Assembly: GCA_019347945.1 (NCBI GenBank) | Contig: JAHWKK010000001.1 | Location: 67,299 to 131,298, forward strand | Origin: Acidobacteriota bacterium | GTDB lineage: Bacteria > Acidobacteriota > Thermoanaerobaculia > Gp7-AA8 > JAHWKK01 | DNA length: 64,000 nucleotides | Direction of reading: 5' to 3' | Part shown: piece by piece, positions 1 to 8,474 of the stretch | Layout: every line of letters starts with the position of its first letter | Position numbering within the stretch: the first letter of the stretch is position 1 | Notes under the pieces: generated by a model | What the model was told of the DNA's origin: nothing | Database searches by the model: none | The model's input: only the letters and a program-made list of their open reading frames with translations | Translations under genes and position numbers: made by a program

Positions 1-829
1 TGCCGTCGGGAGAGATGGCGGGGCTTCCGTCGGGTCCGTCGCGGTCGGTGAGGCGGACGATCGCCCCGTCCTCGATCGATACGCGATAGAGCTCGCTCTC
101 CAGCGGGTCGGTCTCCCAGTCCTCGTTTCGATTTGCAGAAACCACGATCGACCGCCCGTCGCTGTCCCAGGCAACCGAGGGGCCGTGATCGAAGTCCCCC
201 GAGGTCAGCTGCCTCGGCGTCCCTCCGTCGGCCGGAACCACGAAGAGGTGATCGAATCCTTCTTCGAGGTATCCGGCGCCATCCGAACGGTATTGGAGCG
301 ACTCGATCACCTTGAGCGGTTCCGCCCACTTCGCTCCTTCGGGCGGTTTAGGCATCTTCGCGAGCGGCTCCCGCTCGCTCGGCACCTTCATCGTGAATGC
401 GATCCAGTTTCCATCCGGCGACCAGGTGACGCCGCGCGGCGAGTCGGGAAGCTGCGTGAGTCGCGCCGTCTCGCCCGAGCCCAGCCATCGGACGAAAAGT
501 TGCGCGGAACCCTCCGACGACGAGACGTAGACGATGCGCCCCCCCTCGGGCGACCAGCGCGGAGAGGTGTCGTTGCGCAGGCCGCTGGTCACCGGACGAT
601 GCCTTCGGCCGTCGAAATCGATTGCCCAGAGATTCGCTCGCCGGCGGTCCGACTGAACGTCCATGAAGTTCCGGACGTAGACGATCGATTGCCCGTCCGG
701 AGACAGCCGCGGATCGGATGCCCATTCGAGCTCGAACATGTCCATCGGCTCGAGCGGTCGGGGAGCATCCGCGCCTGCTGCGGCTCCGGCAGCCATTAGT
801 GAAAAGATCAGCGGTACGAGTCGTTTCAT
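1..829 (-). CDS. S9 family serine peptidase, prolyl oligopeptidase/acylaminoacyl-peptidase-like. Partial: the N-terminal signal peptide and beta-propeller are in the window and the C-terminus lies beyond it.
   Basis: Reverse-complement translation from the ATG at 829-827 gives MKRLVPLIFSLMAAGAAAGADAPRPLEPMDMFELEWASDPRLSPDGQSIVYVRNF...WSPDGNWIAF...ISPDG. The repeated SPDG propeller blades are typical of the S9 N-terminal domain. The frame is open to position 1. The ORF track missed it because it is edge-truncated. Confidence 0.7.
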   Translation of the reverse strand, partial: MKRLVPLIFSLMAAGAAAGADAPRPLEPMDMFELEWASDPRLSPDGQSIVYVRNFMDVQSDRRRANLWAIDFDGRRHRPVTSGLRNDTSPRWSPEGGRIVYVSSSEGSAQLFVRWLGSGETARLTQLPDSPRGVTWSPDGNWIAFTMKVPSEREPLAKMPKPPEGAKWAEPLKVIESLQYRSDGAGYLEEGFDHLFVVPADGGTPRQLTSGDFDHGPSVAWDSDGRSIVVSANRNEDWETDPLESELYRVSIEDGAIVRLTDRDGPDGSPAISPDG

Positions 830-1075
830 CACTATCCCCCTTCGAGCTGGATTCTCATCCGTCTGCGTGACTCTACTTTAACCGCACCTCCGGGAACGGG
901 GAGGCAATCGCCGTCACGGTAGGTCTCTTGCACGCGCCGGGGCCGTGCTGAGTCTGCTGTTTCTCCTCGCGGCGGCGTTGCCCGTTTCCGCTGAAGAGCC
1001 CGATCCGCCGCCGGAGGAGCAGGTCGTGGCGGAGGTGATCGTTGTGACGCCTTCGAAACCGATCGATACCGACCG

Positions 1076-2167
1076 TCAGGCGTGGACCAGGATCTCCCGC
1101 TCCTCGATCCAGTCGGGCCAGCGCGCAATGTCGAGCTGCGTCGTGACAGTCCAGGTCAGACTGTTGCTCGACGCATAGAATGACGGTGACGCGTCCGCCG
1201 GGATCCGGATCGATGCGCCTTCGTTGAATGGCATGTTCGGAGAGAGCGTTCGTGCGCCCGCGACGTTCAGCTGCTGCTCGAAGACGACGTGGCGGTGCGT
1301 GGTTTTGTTCGTGCCGGAGCCGCTGACGACGATCTCGGTCGCCACAACCTTCGCGGTTGCGCCGTTGAGCTCCACGGGGTTCTCCGGCCGGCAACCGATG
1401 CTCACGCGAACCTCTTCGCCCGCCCGGATCAGTGCGGGCTCGACCGTGAGCTTCACCTGACCGAGTTTCTTCCGGGCGACCATGTTCCGGACTACCTTCA
1501 GGAGGATACCGAGGAACAGCGCGATGACCACGAGTCCCCCGACCCCCCACATCAACGCTTCGATGAGTGCGACCTCCCCTCTCGTGAACCCGATTCCCTG
1601 CCGGACCGCCGCCCCCAAAATAAAGACCAACGGTCCCAGAAAAACGAAGAGACAGCCAATTGCCACGAGGTTGCCGACCCAGCCACCCGATATTGTGGGC
1701 GCTGCGGCCGCTCCGCCGGAGGTCTGTTCCTTCAGTTTGGCAGGCAGATACGTTTCCGAGCCGGCAGCGGTGAGCCAGTTTGGTTCCGCCTCCGGGTTGG
1801 GTCTCAACACGACTTCCTCTTCCACCCTCGGATCGATCGCCCAGGGAATATCGGCGGTCGCGTAGACTTCCCAGACGACGTTCAGGAGGGTGCCGTGGTA
1901 GGTGTAGGGGCCTGCCGGAAACTCGAATGCGAAAGGGCGCCGGAAAACCGTACCGGCGGTCCATTCGCCTTCGAAAAGCGTCTCGAACACGATCCTTTCG
2001 GTAACACTGTTGCCCCTGCCGTGGGTGCGCCATCGAAGTCCGACCTCGAGTCCGTCGCACCGGACGTCCTTGTCGATTCGCACGTCGATGATTCCGCGCA
2101 CGGTCTCGCCCGGGCGGAAAGTATTCTTCCCTTCATCCAGATGCAGTGTCAGATCACATTTCGCCAT
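1076..2167 (-). CDS. Membrane protein with two arrestin-like (Spo0M-family) beta-sandwich domains flanking about four TM helices.
   Basis: 363 aa. The N-terminus, MAKCDLTLHLDEGKNTFRPGETVRGIIDVRIDKDVRCDGLEVGLRW, matches the Spo0M/arrestin-N pattern. A central hydrophobic block runs from GGWVGNLVAIGCLFVFLGPLVFILG to LVVIALFLGILL. The C-terminal LTVEPALIRAGEEVRVSIG segment is a second such sandwich. It overlaps the upstream ATPase gene by 19 nt. Confidence 0.6.
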   Translation of the reverse strand: MAKCDLTLHLDEGKNTFRPGETVRGIIDVRIDKDVRCDGLEVGLRWRTHGRGNSVTERIVFETLFEGEWTAGTVFRRPFAFEFPAGPYTYHGTLLNVVWEVYATADIPWAIDPRVEEEVVLRPNPEAEPNWLTAAGSETYLPAKLKEQTSGGAAAAPTISGGWVGNLVAIGCLFVFLGPLVFILGAAVRQGIGFTRGEVALIEALMWGVGGLVVIALFLGILLKVVRNMVARKKLGQVKLTVEPALIRAGEEVRVSIGCRPENPVELNGATAKVVATEIVVSGSGTNKTTHRHVVFEQQLNVAGARTLSPNMPFNEGASIRIPADASPSFYASSNSLTWTVTTQLDIARWPDWIEEREILVHA

Positions 2168-2889
2168 TGCGTCTCCTTCTCGCTGCTGCGCAGCATGTTC
2201 TGATAGTCCTCGTAGAGCTGGTCGAGCAGCGAGCGGAGATCATCGCCGTATTGTTCGACGAGATCGCGGGCGATGGCGCGGCTCATCACCGGCAGGGATC
2301 CGTCACCCGCACGCGCCCGCTCCAGCCTTCGGCTCACGATCTCGAGAAGCAGGTCTTCATCGAGCCCGCTCACCGTGATCGTACGGCTGACCAGACCCTT
2401 CGCGCGCAGTTCGTCGGTCAGATCCTCGTGACTCGCGAGCACGAGTGTCGCACCGGTACGACGGGCCTCGCGAAAGAGCCGGCGGCGCCGGCGCCGTGGC
2501 AGGCGCTGTGCTTCGTCGAGAAGAAGAGCCGGCCCACCCCCCGGTCGGGCCTCGAGGCGGGGGAGCGAAGGTAGGGGCTCGTCTTCCGCGAGATAGACGT
2601 ACGGGGCGCCGCGGAAGCGCCTCTGCAGCAGCCGGAGACGGGCTGTCTTGCCCCGGCCAGCCTCCCCCAGAAACTGGAGAACTGCTCGCGGTTTAGCCAG
2701 CCAGTCGAGCAGTTCGGCTTCGTTCGAAAGTACGATGAGATCGCCCACGACATCCAATGGCGGCTCACCGAACGGGTTCCGGCGGAGATTGAGCCGCGAC
2801 CAGGGAGACACCTCGCCGCGCATGACCGGGGAGAGTAGCACGGCAGCGGCCGTTCCGGGTGCTCGATCTGAACCGGGAGCGGGCGACAC
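2149..2889 (-). CDS. ExeA/GspA-like P-loop NTPase, a small AAA-type ATPase.
   Basis: Walker A is FLGEAGRGKTARL and Walker B is ALLLDEAQRL. The NPFGEPP lead-in resembles the ExeA/AAA_16 N-terminus. The true start may be the internal MRGEV at 2823. Confidence 0.6.
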   Translation of the reverse strand: MSPAPGSDRAPGTAAAVLLSPVMRGEVSPWSRLNLRRNPFGEPPLDVVGDLIVLSNEAELLDWLAKPRAVLQFLGEAGRGKTARLRLLQRRFRGAPYVYLAEDEPLPSLPRLEARPGGGPALLLDEAQRLPRRRRRRLFREARRTGATLVLASHEDLTDELRAKGLVSRTITVSGLDEDLLLEIVSRRLERARAGDGSLPVMSRAIARDLVEQYGDDLRSLLDQLYEDYQNMLRSSEKETQWRNVI

Positions 2890-2910
2890 CTCCGCCAGGA
2901 CGGCGGGGCG

Positions 2911-5181
2911 TCAGTTCCCCTCGAGCACACGCGCCTCGATCGAACGGAACCGAGGGGTGTGCCGGATCGGGTCCCATGCCGCGTCGACCCTGAGGAAGGC
3001 GAGATGAACCTCACGCTCCTCCAGCGCCCTGTCGAGTCGGTCGAGCGCCGCGTCGGTGCTGCCGAGGACGCTTTCGATCCTCGCCACCAACGTCTGGGGT
3101 ACGTAGCGTGGACGTGGCGGTTTGTCGAGCCGCCGGATCGCCTTCGATGCGCCGGCTCGCTTCCCCCACAGCGCGTAGAGCTCCGCGAGCGCGACCTCGA
3201 CTTCCGGATAGTCGGATCTTTCACGAGAGAGCGCCTGCAGCTCGTCATGAGCCTCTTCGAACATTCCCTGTCGCGCCAGTGCCAGCGCCAGAACGATGCG
3301 CGCTCCGGCCGCGGAGCTTCTCTGGATCAGCGTCCGATGCCCGTGCTCCTGTGCGTCGATCCACCGCCGCCCGAAGTAGAGCACTCGTGTCGCGCGCTCG
3401 CCCAACTCCGGGTTCAGACTGTCGAGTACGACCGCGCGTTTGGCGTCGACGACCGCCTCGTCGGGCCTCCCCACGCAGACCAGGATCTCGGCACGGCTGA
3501 TCAGGCTTTCGGGCGATTCCCGAAGGCCGGAGACGATGGTCAGTGCCTGTTCCCACTTCCAGTCCATGAAGGCCCGCATTCGAGCGCAGGCCAGCTTCGT
3601 CTCGTCGCTCGGGTGAATCGCTTCGGCTCTGGAAGCCTCGGAGAGCGCTTGATCTCGAACCGCGGATGTGGGAGCGAAGCCATTCAGTGCTTCCTGAAGC
3701 CGGGCTTCGGCCAGTCTGGCGTGCCCGAGCGCAAATGCAGGCATGCTCGTCACCGCGCGTTCGAGCGCTTCGATCGCGCGTCGAAAGCCGCTGCTGGTTC
3801 CTCGCGAAAGATCGCTGCGCACCGCTCCGAGGATCTCGACGGTTTCGCTCGAAAGCTCCGGCTGCGAGGTCATCTCGACGGTGGCATCGACCGCCGGTCT
3901 GCGAAACGGGAGGTGCGGGCCGAGCGTCTTCACGATGTTCGAGATCAAACCTTCGATTGACGCCTCGCCGGTATCGACCAGACGTTCTCGTCCGCCCCAG
4001 ATCTGTGCGCCGCGGGAAGTATCGATCAGCTGGAGCTGCACGAGAACGGAGCCCGAAGATCTGCGAATCGAGCCGGCGATGACGAGCGTGGCCTCGAGCG
4101 CAGATCCCGCCTCTTCCGGATCGGGTCGGGCGCCAAGCTTTCTGATCCGGCTGCGCGCGACGACCTCCAACGCCGTCTCGTTGGCGAGCCGGTTCTGAAT
4201 CTCCTCGGCGACGGTCATCCCGACCGATTCCAGCTCGGGATCCTCATCCGGCGTCTCCAGATCGAGAACGGCGAGCGTTGCGCGTCCCCGCTTCCTCACG
4301 ACCGGCAGGTAGCCGGAGAGCGTCTCGTGATCCCCTTTCAGAAGCGCGTCGAGGGCCGATCGGAGCTCTTCTCCCTCCGGAAACCGATCCTCGACGTTCT
4401 TTTCGAGACTCTTCATCACGATCGACTCGAGGTCCGACTGAATCGCTGCGTCGATGGCCGGCAGGGGTCGCGGCTCTTCCTTCATGATTGCGTGCATCGT
4501 TTCGGCCGCCGTCTTGCGCGCAAAGGGTCTCGAGCCGACCAGCATCTCGTAGAGCACGCAGCCGAGCGAGAAGATGTCGCTCGCAGGCCCTGTCTCTTCT
4601 CCGGCAGCCTGTTCCGGCGACATGTAACCGACCGTGCCGAGAACAAAGCCTGCCGGCGTTTTCACGATCGTCTGTTCGGTGCTGTTGATCTCCCGCATGG
4701 AGGTGTCGAGCCGCGCAATGCCGAAATCGAGCACTTTCGCTCCGTGTACCGTCAGGAAGATGTTTTCCGGCTTGATGTCACGATGCGTGATTCCGCGGGC
4801 ATGTGCGGCCGCAAGAGCACGCGCGACGTCGAGCGTGATCCTGAGCGCCTCGCGGTAATCGATCCTTCTTTCATCTCCGATGCGCTCCCGAAGAGTCTGT
4901 CCTTCCAGCAGCTCGGTCACGACGTAGCGTAGGTCTCCGTCGTGCCCTACGTCGAAAATCGAGACGATGTGCGGGTGGGAGAGGGCGGCGACCACCTTCG
5001 CTTCCCGCTCGAATCGCTCGAGAACGTCCGCGCGGGAGGTGAGGTGGGGCGAGAGCACCTTGACCGCGACGTCCCGGTCGAGCCGGGAATCATGAGCGCG
5101 ATAGACCTCGCCCATACCCCCCGCACCGAGCAGTCCCTGGATTTCGTAGGGACCGAGCAGTGTGCCTGACTCAATCGGCAT
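2911..5181 (-). CDS. Hanks-type Ser/Thr protein kinase with a C-terminal TPR-like repeat region.
   Basis: Kinase motifs are GxGxxG (LLGAGGMGEVY), VAVK, HRDIKPENIFL, DFGIA and GTVGYMSPEQ. The C-terminal roughly 450 aa are alpha-helical repeats. The start was chosen at MPIESG. Alternative upstream ATGs exist at 5217 and 5268. Confidence 0.85.
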   Translation of the reverse strand: MPIESGTLLGPYEIQGLLGAGGMGEVYRAHDSRLDRDVAVKVLSPHLTSRADVLERFEREAKVVAALSHPHIVSIFDVGHDGDLRYVVTELLEGQTLRERIGDERRIDYREALRITLDVARALAAAHARGITHRDIKPENIFLTVHGAKVLDFGIARLDTSMREINSTEQTIVKTPAGFVLGTVGYMSPEQAAGEETGPASDIFSLGCVLYEMLVGSRPFARKTAAETMHAIMKEEPRPLPAIDAAIQSDLESIVMKSLEKNVEDRFPEGEELRSALDALLKGDHETLSGYLPVVRKRGRATLAVLDLETPDEDPELESVGMTVAEEIQNRLANETALEVVARSRIRKLGARPDPEEAGSALEATLVIAGSIRRSSGSVLVQLQLIDTSRGAQIWGGRERLVDTGEASIEGLISNIVKTLGPHLPFRRPAVDATVEMTSQPELSSETVEILGAVRSDLSRGTSSGFRRAIEALERAVTSMPAFALGHARLAEARLQEALNGFAPTSAVRDQALSEASRAEAIHPSDETKLACARMRAFMDWKWEQALTIVSGLRESPESLISRAEILVCVGRPDEAVVDAKRAVVLDSLNPELGERATRVLYFGRRWIDAQEHGHRTLIQRSSAAGARIVLALALARQGMFEEAHDELQALSRERSDYPEVEVALAELYALWGKRAGASKAIRRLDKPPRPRYVPQTLVARIESVLGSTDAALDRLDRALEEREVHLAFLRVDAAWDPIRHTPRFRSIEARVLEGN

Positions 5182-5297
5182 GCGACGGAGTATAACTTCG
5201 GGGAAGATTCGCATTCGCGGGGCTTGACAGATGGCGATCCCAGGTGTATTAGTACAGCAGTACAGCAACTCACCTCGAAGGAAGGATCCGGCAATTC

Positions 5298-5699
5298 ATG
5301 TTCAGCATCAATCCGGGAGACGCCGTCCCGATCTGGAAGCAGATCGAGCAGGAGATGCGGAGACTTCTCGCGATCGGCCGCCTCTCGCCCGGCGAAGCTG
5401 TACCGAGTGTGCGGGAGGTGTCGAGGGAGCTTCGCGTCAACCCGGCGACGGTTCAGAAGGCCTACCAGCGGCTCTGCGACGAAGGATTGTTGATGGTTCG
5501 CCGCGGAGAGGGAACCTTCGTGGAGGTGCAGCCGGCGAGGCTCGATGGGGCGCATCGCCGGGAAGAGCTCCACGACGCTGCCGTGCGGTATGCCAGTCTG
5601 GCAGCGACGATCGGTGCGACTCCGGCGGAGGCGCAGGGGATAGTGACCAAGGAAATCGAACGAGTCATGAAAGTGGCACAAGGGAGGCGAAATGAGTGA
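5298..5699 (+). CDS. GntR-family transcriptional regulator, short YtrA-like subfamily.
   Basis: The sequence is LSPGEAVPSVREVSRELRVNPATVQKAYQRLCDEGLLMVRRGEGTFV, a winged-HTH GntR signature. The protein is 133 aa and is followed by an ABC transporter, as in ytrA loci. An RBS aaggaagga lies upstream. It diverges from the kinase gene. Confidence 0.85.
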   Translation: MFSINPGDAVPIWKQIEQEMRRLLAIGRLSPGEAVPSVREVSRELRVNPATVQKAYQRLCDEGLLMVRRGEGTFVEVQPARLDGAHRREELHDAAVRYASLAATIGATPAEAQGIVTKEIERVMKVAQGRRNE

Positions 5700-6618
5700 T
5701 CACAACGGAGCTGAACCCGTTCTCGAGCTCGAGGGTCTGAAGGTCCGCTACGGCAAAATGATCGCGGTCAACGACATCTCCATCCGCGCCGAAGAAGGGT
5801 CGGTCTACGCGTTGCTGGGCCGGAACGGAGCGGGAAAGAGCTCGATCGTCCGCTGCCTGCTCGGATTCCAGAGGCCGAATGGTGGCGAGGCGCGGCTATT
5901 CGGCGAATCAGTGTGGAAAAAGCGCGCGAGCCTGATGGACCGGGTCGGCGTGGTTCCGGAAGACCCCGATGCACCGCCCGAGATGAAACCGCGCGAGATT
6001 CTCGAGTTCTGCTCGCGCCTCTATTCGAAGTGGGATCACGACACGGCGATCTCGCGGCTCGACCGGTTCAGAGTTCCGCTGAATACTCCCTTCGGAAAGC
6101 TCTCCAAGGGACAGAAGCGCGAGGTCCTTCTCGCCGCGGCTCTTGCGAGTGAGCCGGAGCTCCTGGTGCTCGACGATCCGACGCTCGGGCTCGACGTCGT
6201 AGCTCGAAAGGAGCTGTTCGAAGAACTGATCTCGGACCTCGCGGATCGGGGGACGACCGTCTTCGTCACGACCCACGACCTTCCCGGAATCGAGGGAATC
6301 GCCGATCGCGTCGGCATCATGCTCGAGGGCGACATGCTGGTCGACGAGGACCTCGAAGCGTTGAAGTGGCGTTTCCGCCGGATTCGCTTCACTGCGGGTG
6401 GCCAGACGAGCGACCAGATCGATCTCGGCTCTCTTCATCCAGTTTTGAGGAAGCGGTGGGGAACGGGGGTCGAGGTCGTCGTTGACAATTACTCGGAGGA
6501 TCGGCTCGACGAGCTCCGAACGAAATCGGGTATTGCCGAGATCGAAGTCAATCCCCTGTCACTCGAAGACATTTTCATCGCGGTCGCCGAGGCCGACCTA
6601 GTGAGGGGCGCGTCATGA
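5692..6618 (+). CDS. ABC transporter ATP-binding protein.
   Basis: Walker A is LLGRNGAGKSS, the ABC signature is LSKGQKREV and Walker B is LLVLDDPTLGLD. It overlaps the GntR gene by 8 nt. Confidence 0.9.
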   Translation: MSDHNGAEPVLELEGLKVRYGKMIAVNDISIRAEEGSVYALLGRNGAGKSSIVRCLLGFQRPNGGEARLFGESVWKKRASLMDRVGVVPEDPDAPPEMKPREILEFCSRLYSKWDHDTAISRLDRFRVPLNTPFGKLSKGQKREVLLAAALASEPELLVLDDPTLGLDVVARKELFEELISDLADRGTTVFVTTHDLPGIEGIADRVGIMLEGDMLVDEDLEALKWRFRRIRFTAGGQTSDQIDLGSLHPVLRKRWGTGVEVVVDNYSEDRLDELRTKSGIAEIEVNPLSLEDIFIAVAEADLVRGAS

Positions 6619-8465
6619 AAAATCTCCTGCTCGTCATTAGTCGAGAACTGGTCGAACGGAAAATGCTGATGATTGGTGCTTTTGCGATCGGCCTGGTCAT
6701 TCTGGCCGTTCCCCTGGTCACCCGCGCACCGGCAAGAGATACCTGGAACATCGCGAGCCTGTACCTGCCGATCATGCTCGGCCTGGGGATCGCTGGTTTT
6801 GCCGCATCATCGTTCGTCGCGAGCGATCTGCGAGAGCAAAGACTCTCGTTCTTCCTCGGGCGTCCGCTGTCGACGGCGAGCGTGTGGGGAGGAAAGATGC
6901 TCGCGGCGTGGCTTCTCGCGATCCTCTGTGCGCTTCTGGTCCTTCTGCCCGCGACTGTGGTCGGCAGCGGGCTGATGTTCTGGCTGACAGCGGGAGAGGG
7001 TGGGCCGATGATGCTCGTGATGTCTCTGGTGGCGTCGGCAGTGATCATCCCCTTCGGCCATGCAGCGGGAGTGGCGCTCAGGGCCCGGTCTCCATGGCTT
7101 CTGGCGGACTTCGTCGCGCTTGCTCTGTTCGGTCTCGTGACGGCAGCGGCGCTCCGCCCCTTGTTTCATCAGTACGCCTTCCGCCTCGTCTACTCGACCA
7201 TTCTCGTGTTGGCGGCGTTTCTGACGGTCACGCTTCTGATTGGAGGATATGTCGGTCTGTCACGCGGTCGGATCGACCTGCGCAGCGCTCACGCGCATCA
7301 GTCGATGATCTCGAGCGGCGCTCTGATCGCTCTCGGCATCGCGGTATCCCTTTTCGTCGTCTGGGTTCGCTCGGTCGATGCTGAGGACCTGACCGAGTTC
7401 CGGCTGATGCCCTGCGTGACGGATTGCGAGCCGATGTTGGTAGGGACTTCCCGCGGGCGGGGAGACTATCGAGCCCATTTTGCGATGAGCGGCGAAGGGT
7501 TCCGTCAACTCGACTTTGCAAGTGAAGTCGGGCAGGCGTCGGATCGGGGCCGGACCGTCTGGCTGTCGGCCGAGTCGATCGAGCCGCCGACGGCTCGTGT
7601 CGGATACCTCGATCCCGGGATGGAGCGATCCGTGCGAACGAACATCCTGGCGCACCCGTACAACTCCTGGATCGCCGTCTCACCCGACGGCGAGCGGCTC
7701 GCGATCGCTGAAGACAGAACGCTTCAGATATTCAACCTCGATGAGGAAAGGGTGATCCGGACGGTTCGTCTCCCGGACGCAGCGGACTCGAGCTTCAGAG
7801 TATGGTTCCTGAACCAGGATCAGATTCTCGTTCTGACACCCCCGGCGGGGAGAGGGCCACTATCACCTGAGGGAGGCCGCAGCACCGGTTGGACCGGCGT
7901 GGTCGCCGACGTCGAGTCCGGCGACACGCGCGAGGTGGAATTTGCGACATATCCGCACGCGATCGATTCCGACCGCGGATTGCTGATGTTCGAAGACGAG
8001 AGTGAGATCACCGTATACCGCGCCGGCTCGTCGGAGCCGTTATTCACGACCGAGGGGACGAGCGCCGTTTCGACTTCTCACGGCGTTTTCGTCACCCGCC
8101 CCAGGAGCCGCCAGGTCGCAGTCGTCGATCCTGGCAGCGGGACCGAAAGAATCTATCCGCTGCCCGCCGACGTCACCGATATCGCGCTCGGGCCGGCCGA
8201 CGAGGAAAGCATGATTCTGGGCCTTACCCGCAGAAGCCAGTTCCAGCGATGGTCGTCGAGCGTTCCCAACGGAGCGCGACTCGTACGGCTCGATCTGACG
8301 ACTGGCGAGCTCGAGGAAATGGAGGAAGGTATCGTCCCGGCGCGGGCATACCAGCCCGGGATCTCGGGACCCTACTTCCTCCGGGATACCCCCTCCGGGA
8401 TGCAGCTGATTCGAATCGATCCGGGTAGCAGCGAAATGACCGTTCTCGCGGGCGGGACGGCGTAA
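6615..8465 (+). CDS. ABC-2-type permease fused to a C-terminal periplasmic beta-propeller-like (TolB-like) domain.
   Basis: 616 aa. The N-terminal roughly 250 aa have about six TM helices and a conserved FFLGRPLSTASVWGGK motif. The C-terminus carries repeated SPDGERLAIA-type blades. It overlaps the ATPase gene by 4 nt. Confidence 0.7.
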   Translation: MKNLLLVISRELVERKMLMIGAFAIGLVILAVPLVTRAPARDTWNIASLYLPIMLGLGIAGFAASSFVASDLREQRLSFFLGRPLSTASVWGGKMLAAWLLAILCALLVLLPATVVGSGLMFWLTAGEGGPMMLVMSLVASAVIIPFGHAAGVALRARSPWLLADFVALALFGLVTAAALRPLFHQYAFRLVYSTILVLAAFLTVTLLIGGYVGLSRGRIDLRSAHAHQSMISSGALIALGIAVSLFVVWVRSVDAEDLTEFRLMPCVTDCEPMLVGTSRGRGDYRAHFAMSGEGFRQLDFASEVGQASDRGRTVWLSAESIEPPTARVGYLDPGMERSVRTNILAHPYNSWIAVSPDGERLAIAEDRTLQIFNLDEERVIRTVRLPDAADSSFRVWFLNQDQILVLTPPAGRGPLSPEGGRSTGWTGVVADVESGDTREVEFATYPHAIDSDRGLLMFEDESEITVYRAGSSEPLFTTEGTSAVSTSHGVFVTRPRSRQVAVVDPGSGTERIYPLPADVTDIALGPADEESMILGLTRRSQFQRWSSSVPNGARLVRLDLTTGELEEMEEGIVPARAYQPGISGPYFLRDTPSGMQLIRIDPGSSEMTVLAGGTA

Positions 8466-8474
8466 GGAAGAACC

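Noticed and set aside
2418-3248. Multiple overlapping 70-330-aa ORFs on both strands across the kinase/ATPase region, for example 2959-3960 on the plus strand and 2418-3248 on the minus strand.
   Set aside because: They are shadow ORFs inside the Ser/Thr kinase and ExeA-like ATPase genes, with no motifs and Arg/Pro-rich composition.
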